Source of the DNA: an uncultured Campylobacteraceae bacterium
GTDB lineage: Bacteria; Campylobacterota; Campylobacteria; Campylobacterales; UBA6016
DNA: 57,980 bases
Direction of reading: 5' to 3'
Assembly (NCBI GenBank): GCA_964577355.1
Contig: CAZNYV010000002.1
Location: forward strand, 1-57,980
Made by a program: the position numbers and the translations under genes. Below are positions 55,519-57,980 of this stretch, in pieces. Within the stretch, counting starts at the first letter, position 1. Each line of letters starts with the position of its first letter. The notes beneath the pieces are model-generated. The model saw only the letters and a list, made by a program, of their open reading frames with translations, had not been told where the DNA came from and made no database searches.

Positions 55519-56070
55519 TTAAATATATGCTTTTAAACAAAAAAATGAACTATTTGCATCTATAGTCTCAAAATCAAACTCTATCGGCTCACTAGCTCTT
55601 CTAGCTATCTCAATCAGACCTATCGTTGCGCCTTTGCTCTGCGCCTCAGGCTCCTCTTTTAGCTTCTCTTTGTAATAAGCTTTTAGCTCGTCTTTATTGA
55701 GAGTCTGCAAAATCTTCAACCGCTCTTCTAGTACAGGCACATCAGCTATATCTACCGTATTTGAACAAACAATAAAGAACTTGTTGTTATCATGCCCAAC
55801 AGTAATTGTCCCGCTTCCAAGCTCGACCTTGCGACCAATCTCCCCTTCAAGCCTATCAGAAGAGTACCTGATAACATTTTGAACCTGCTCAACAAAGACC
55901 GAAAATACTTTTTTTGCAGTATTTATGTCTGTTTCATCAAGGGTCATTTTTTGCTTTAGCGCCTCGCCTAGTGAAAACAAAATTCCCTCAGATACAAAAC
56001 CAGAAAAAGAGACCATTATCCCTTTTTCATCTAGTGATTTTTTGAAACTATAATACTCTTTTGCTAGCAT
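55519..56070 (-). CDS. SiaB-family (anti-sigma-kinase/GHKL-like) protein kinase
   Basis: 183 aa. IMVSFSGFVSEGILFSLGEALK..VFSVFVEQVQNVIRYS..GTITVG. Its position immediately upstream of the DUF1987 gene matches the SiaB-SiaC pairing. Confidence 0.65.
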   Translation of the reverse strand: MLAKEYYSFKKSLDEKGIMVSFSGFVSEGILFSLGEALKQKMTLDETDINTAKKVFSVFVEQVQNVIRYSSDRLEGEIGRKVELGSGTITVGHDNNKFFIVCSNTVDIADVPVLEERLKILQTLNKDELKAYYKEKLKEEPEAQSKGATIGLIEIARRASEPIEFDFETIDANSSFFCLKAYI

Positions 56071-56195
56071 CTATAAACCTTCCATAAAGTATCAATTGCA
56101 AACTTTATTATGATAATACACACTTCATCCTGAAAAGCCTCAAAGCCCTATACTGTAGACTCTAAATAGAGTAGTAAAAATTCTTATTTGATAAT

Positions 56196-56543
56196 CTAAA
56201 TTGTAATATTCTCAATCAACTCTACAACCTCACCTTTGACAATGCAAGCGTCTATTTGATAGTTGCCATATTGCATTTTCGTTTTGCGATACAGTTGCGA
56301 TGTTGTTATCACTTTTTGTAGTTTTGATGGAGTGATGGCATAAATTGGCTCAAATGTTGTGCCTGACTTGACCTCGATAAAGTGCGTCGTGCCATCTTTG
56401 GTAGCTACGATGTCTATTTCGCCACTTTTGGCTGTAAAGTTTCTATCAATAATCTCAAAACCATGCAAAACAAGCCAGTCGACGGCAGTCTGCTCTTTTG
56501 CGAAGCCCTTTTGTCTAGCGAAGTCTTTTTTATTTGTAGGCAT
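56196..56543 (-). CDS. yraN: YraN-family (UPF0102) endonuclease-like protein
   Basis: 115 aa. GFAKEQTAVDWLVLHGFEIIDRNF..GEIDIVA..THFIEVKSG. Confidence 0.8.
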   Translation of the reverse strand: MPTNKKDFARQKGFAKEQTAVDWLVLHGFEIIDRNFTAKSGEIDIVATKDGTTHFIEVKSGTTFEPIYAITPSKLQKVITTSQLYRKTKMQYGNYQIDACIVKGEVVELIENITI

Positions 56544-57288
56544 TTTTGGACAACTTCAAAATCAGAAAATCTCGCAAAAACTGAGGCAAAATAGCTAGAA
56601 ATTTAACAAAACTCGCAAAAACAAATGGAAAAGAGTGGCATTTGTAGTTCATTTCTATGGCTTTTTCAATCTCATCAACACCTTCATCAAGTTCCATCAG
56701 AAAGGGCATGGAGAATCTATTTTTGTCCGTCATCGCCGTCTTGATAAATCCTGGCTGAATATTCACAACCGAGATACCATTTGGAGATAGAGACAATCGA
56801 AGCGAATCAGCATAGCTGTTCAATGCTCTCTTGCTAGCTGAGTACGCCAAAGTAGTTGGCATAGCAACAAACGAAGCGAGCGAAGAGATAATAACCAATT
56901 TGCCATATTTTTGCCCGAGCATCTTGTGAATAAATGGCTCAAAAAGTGCATGGACGCTGGTGAAGTTTGTATCTATTATCTGCCTAAAGGTTGCGAACTC
57001 CTGCACCATACTGCTATGTCCAGCAGAGATGCCAGCATTTGCTATGACCATATCAATATGCGACTCAAACGAACAAATTTCGGCACAAATAGATTGGAGT
57101 TTCTCAAAATCCGTAACATCGACCTGATATGAAACACATTTTTGAACATCGTGAACTGCCATAGAGGATAGTTTTTCCATCGCTTGCATATTTCTAGAAA
57201 TCATATAAATAGAGTGTCCAGCGAGAATAAACCTGCGCGCCAATTCATTCCCTAGCCCTGAGCCGACGCCTGTTATTACGATTACCAT
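56530..57288 (-). CDS. short-chain dehydrogenase/reductase (SDR) family oxidoreductase
   Basis: 252 aa. Rossmann motif ITGVGSGLG, NAG, catalytic YSASK. Confidence 0.8.
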   Translation of the reverse strand: MVIVITGVGSGLGNELARRFILAGHSIYMISRNMQAMEKLSSMAVHDVQKCVSYQVDVTDFEKLQSICAEICSFESHIDMVIANAGISAGHSSMVQEFATFRQIIDTNFTSVHALFEPFIHKMLGQKYGKLVIISSLASFVAMPTTLAYSASKRALNSYADSLRLSLSPNGISVVNIQPGFIKTAMTDKNRFSMPFLMELDEGVDEIEKAIEMNYKCHSFPFVFASFVKFLAILPQFLRDFLILKLSKNAYK

Positions 57289-57980
57289 TTTGTTTCCAAA
57301 TTTGAATTTATATGCCCATTTTGCACTAAATTTGCATAAACTGCCTGACCGATTGAAATATTTGAATCATTTGGCGAAATAGCACGATGAAAATACCCTT
57401 TGATTCCGCGATTTTTCAACTCTTTTGCACAAAGACTACAAAGCGTAGCATTTTGAAAAACACCGCCTGAAAAGACAACTGGCAGGGCATATTTCGTGGC
57501 AAGTTCACCGATAGCAAAAGCGAGAGTATTCAGAAACTTACTCACACCTACAACAGCCGAATCATTGGAGCCAAAAACCGCTGAGAAATCCACCACCTCA
57601 CCAATCCCAACATCATATCGCCCTTTGACCCTACTGTCATACAACGACTCTATGAGCAGACCAGATTCGCCATCGTAGCAATCTTTTTGTATCAAACCAA
57701 AATAGCTAGCCACACCGTCAAAAAGTCGTCCGGCAGAGCTCGAAAGAATAGAGTTTGAGCCATTTTGGTACATTTTGTAAAGGATAGAAAGCTCTTGCGC
57801 GCCAAAAGATTTCACCGCCATACTATCTAGCTCCATCGCTGATTCACCAAAAATATCAAACAAAATAGACAGTGCTGAGCGGTTTGGATTTTTTGCCACC
57901 ATCTCACCGCCCAAAAGCCAAAAATCTCTCAAATGCGCCACTCTCTCGATATTATGTGTATCATAAATAAAAAACTCCCC
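57282..57980 (-). CDS. hypF: [NiFe]-hydrogenase maturation carbamoyltransferase HypF, C-terminal part (N-terminus outside window)
   Basis: The frame stays open through nt 57980 by my translation (GEFFIYDTHNIERVAHLRDFW..). Kae1-like C-terminus LPVVFSGGVFQNATL..HRAISPNDSNISIGQA. Confidence 0.8.
   Translation of the reverse strand, partial: GEFFIYDTHNIERVAHLRDFWLLGGEMVAKNPNRSALSILFDIFGESAMELDSMAVKSFGAQELSILYKMYQNGSNSILSSSAGRLFDGVASYFGLIQKDCYDGESGLLIESLYDSRVKGRYDVGIGEVVDFSAVFGSNDSAVVGVSKFLNTLAFAIGELATKYALPVVFSGGVFQNATLCSLCAKELKNRGIKGYFHRAISPNDSNISIGQAVYANLVQNGHINSNLETKW

Noticed and set aside
1-57980. Scanned the intergenic regions for CRISPR arrays, tRNA/rRNA/tmRNA genes, IS elements, integrases, and prophage or toxin-antitoxin pairs.
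   Set aside because: There are no regularly spaced direct repeats and no tRNA-like T-arm/acceptor structure in the five gaps over 150 nt. No ORF has transposase, integrase, reverse-transcriptase or typical defence-gene motifs. This was done by eye only; tRNAscan, Infernal or a defence-system finder could still reveal something.

Overview
AT-rich, gene-dense chromosomal segment with about 60 CDS. I saw no rRNA, tRNA, CRISPR array, transposase or integrase. The gene content suggests a Campylobacterota (epsilonproteobacterial) chemolithoautotroph, possibly Sulfurimonas-like; this is inference only. It rests on the aclBA ATP-citrate lyase (reverse TCA), ppsA and hypF, plus Campylobacter-like synteny (trpS..serS-TPR/PflB-like; comM-def-clpP-tig).

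Most of the window is housekeeping: coaBC, dapE, aclBA, ybeY, comM, def, clpP, tig, ppsA, ppiB, queH, crcB, serS, trpS, hisHA, prmA, ftsH, psd-like, pssA, leuA, ppnP.

The accessory or unusual content is:
1. An 11.5-kb co-directional array (25.4-37.0 kb). It encodes secreted proteins, lipoproteins and OM proteins (four carry an LPP20/FlgP-like core), a FecR plus CHASE2-nucleotide-cyclase pair, and a divergent Mla-like module whose ATPase is reduced to a Walker-A-less fossil. This is my best candidate for an undescribed envelope system.
2. A rearranged SiaABCD-type partner-switch / c-di-GMP module with a PhnD-like periplasmic sensor (52.5-56.1 kb).
3. Two degenerate GGDEF proteins. One sits inside the def-clpP-tig operon and keeps an intact RxxD I-site.
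4. A PAP2 / ArnT-like / UPF0104 / GT9 envelope-glycolipid remodelling operon (1-3.8 kb).
5. A 271-bp intergenic element bounded by inverted repeats and rich in nested stems (45.9-46.2 kb).
6. Gene-model oddities: dapE lacks a canonical start codon, and the psd-like gene lacks the expected Gly-Ser self-cleavage motif.

All functional calls come from reading the translated ORFs and recognising motifs. No database search was run.
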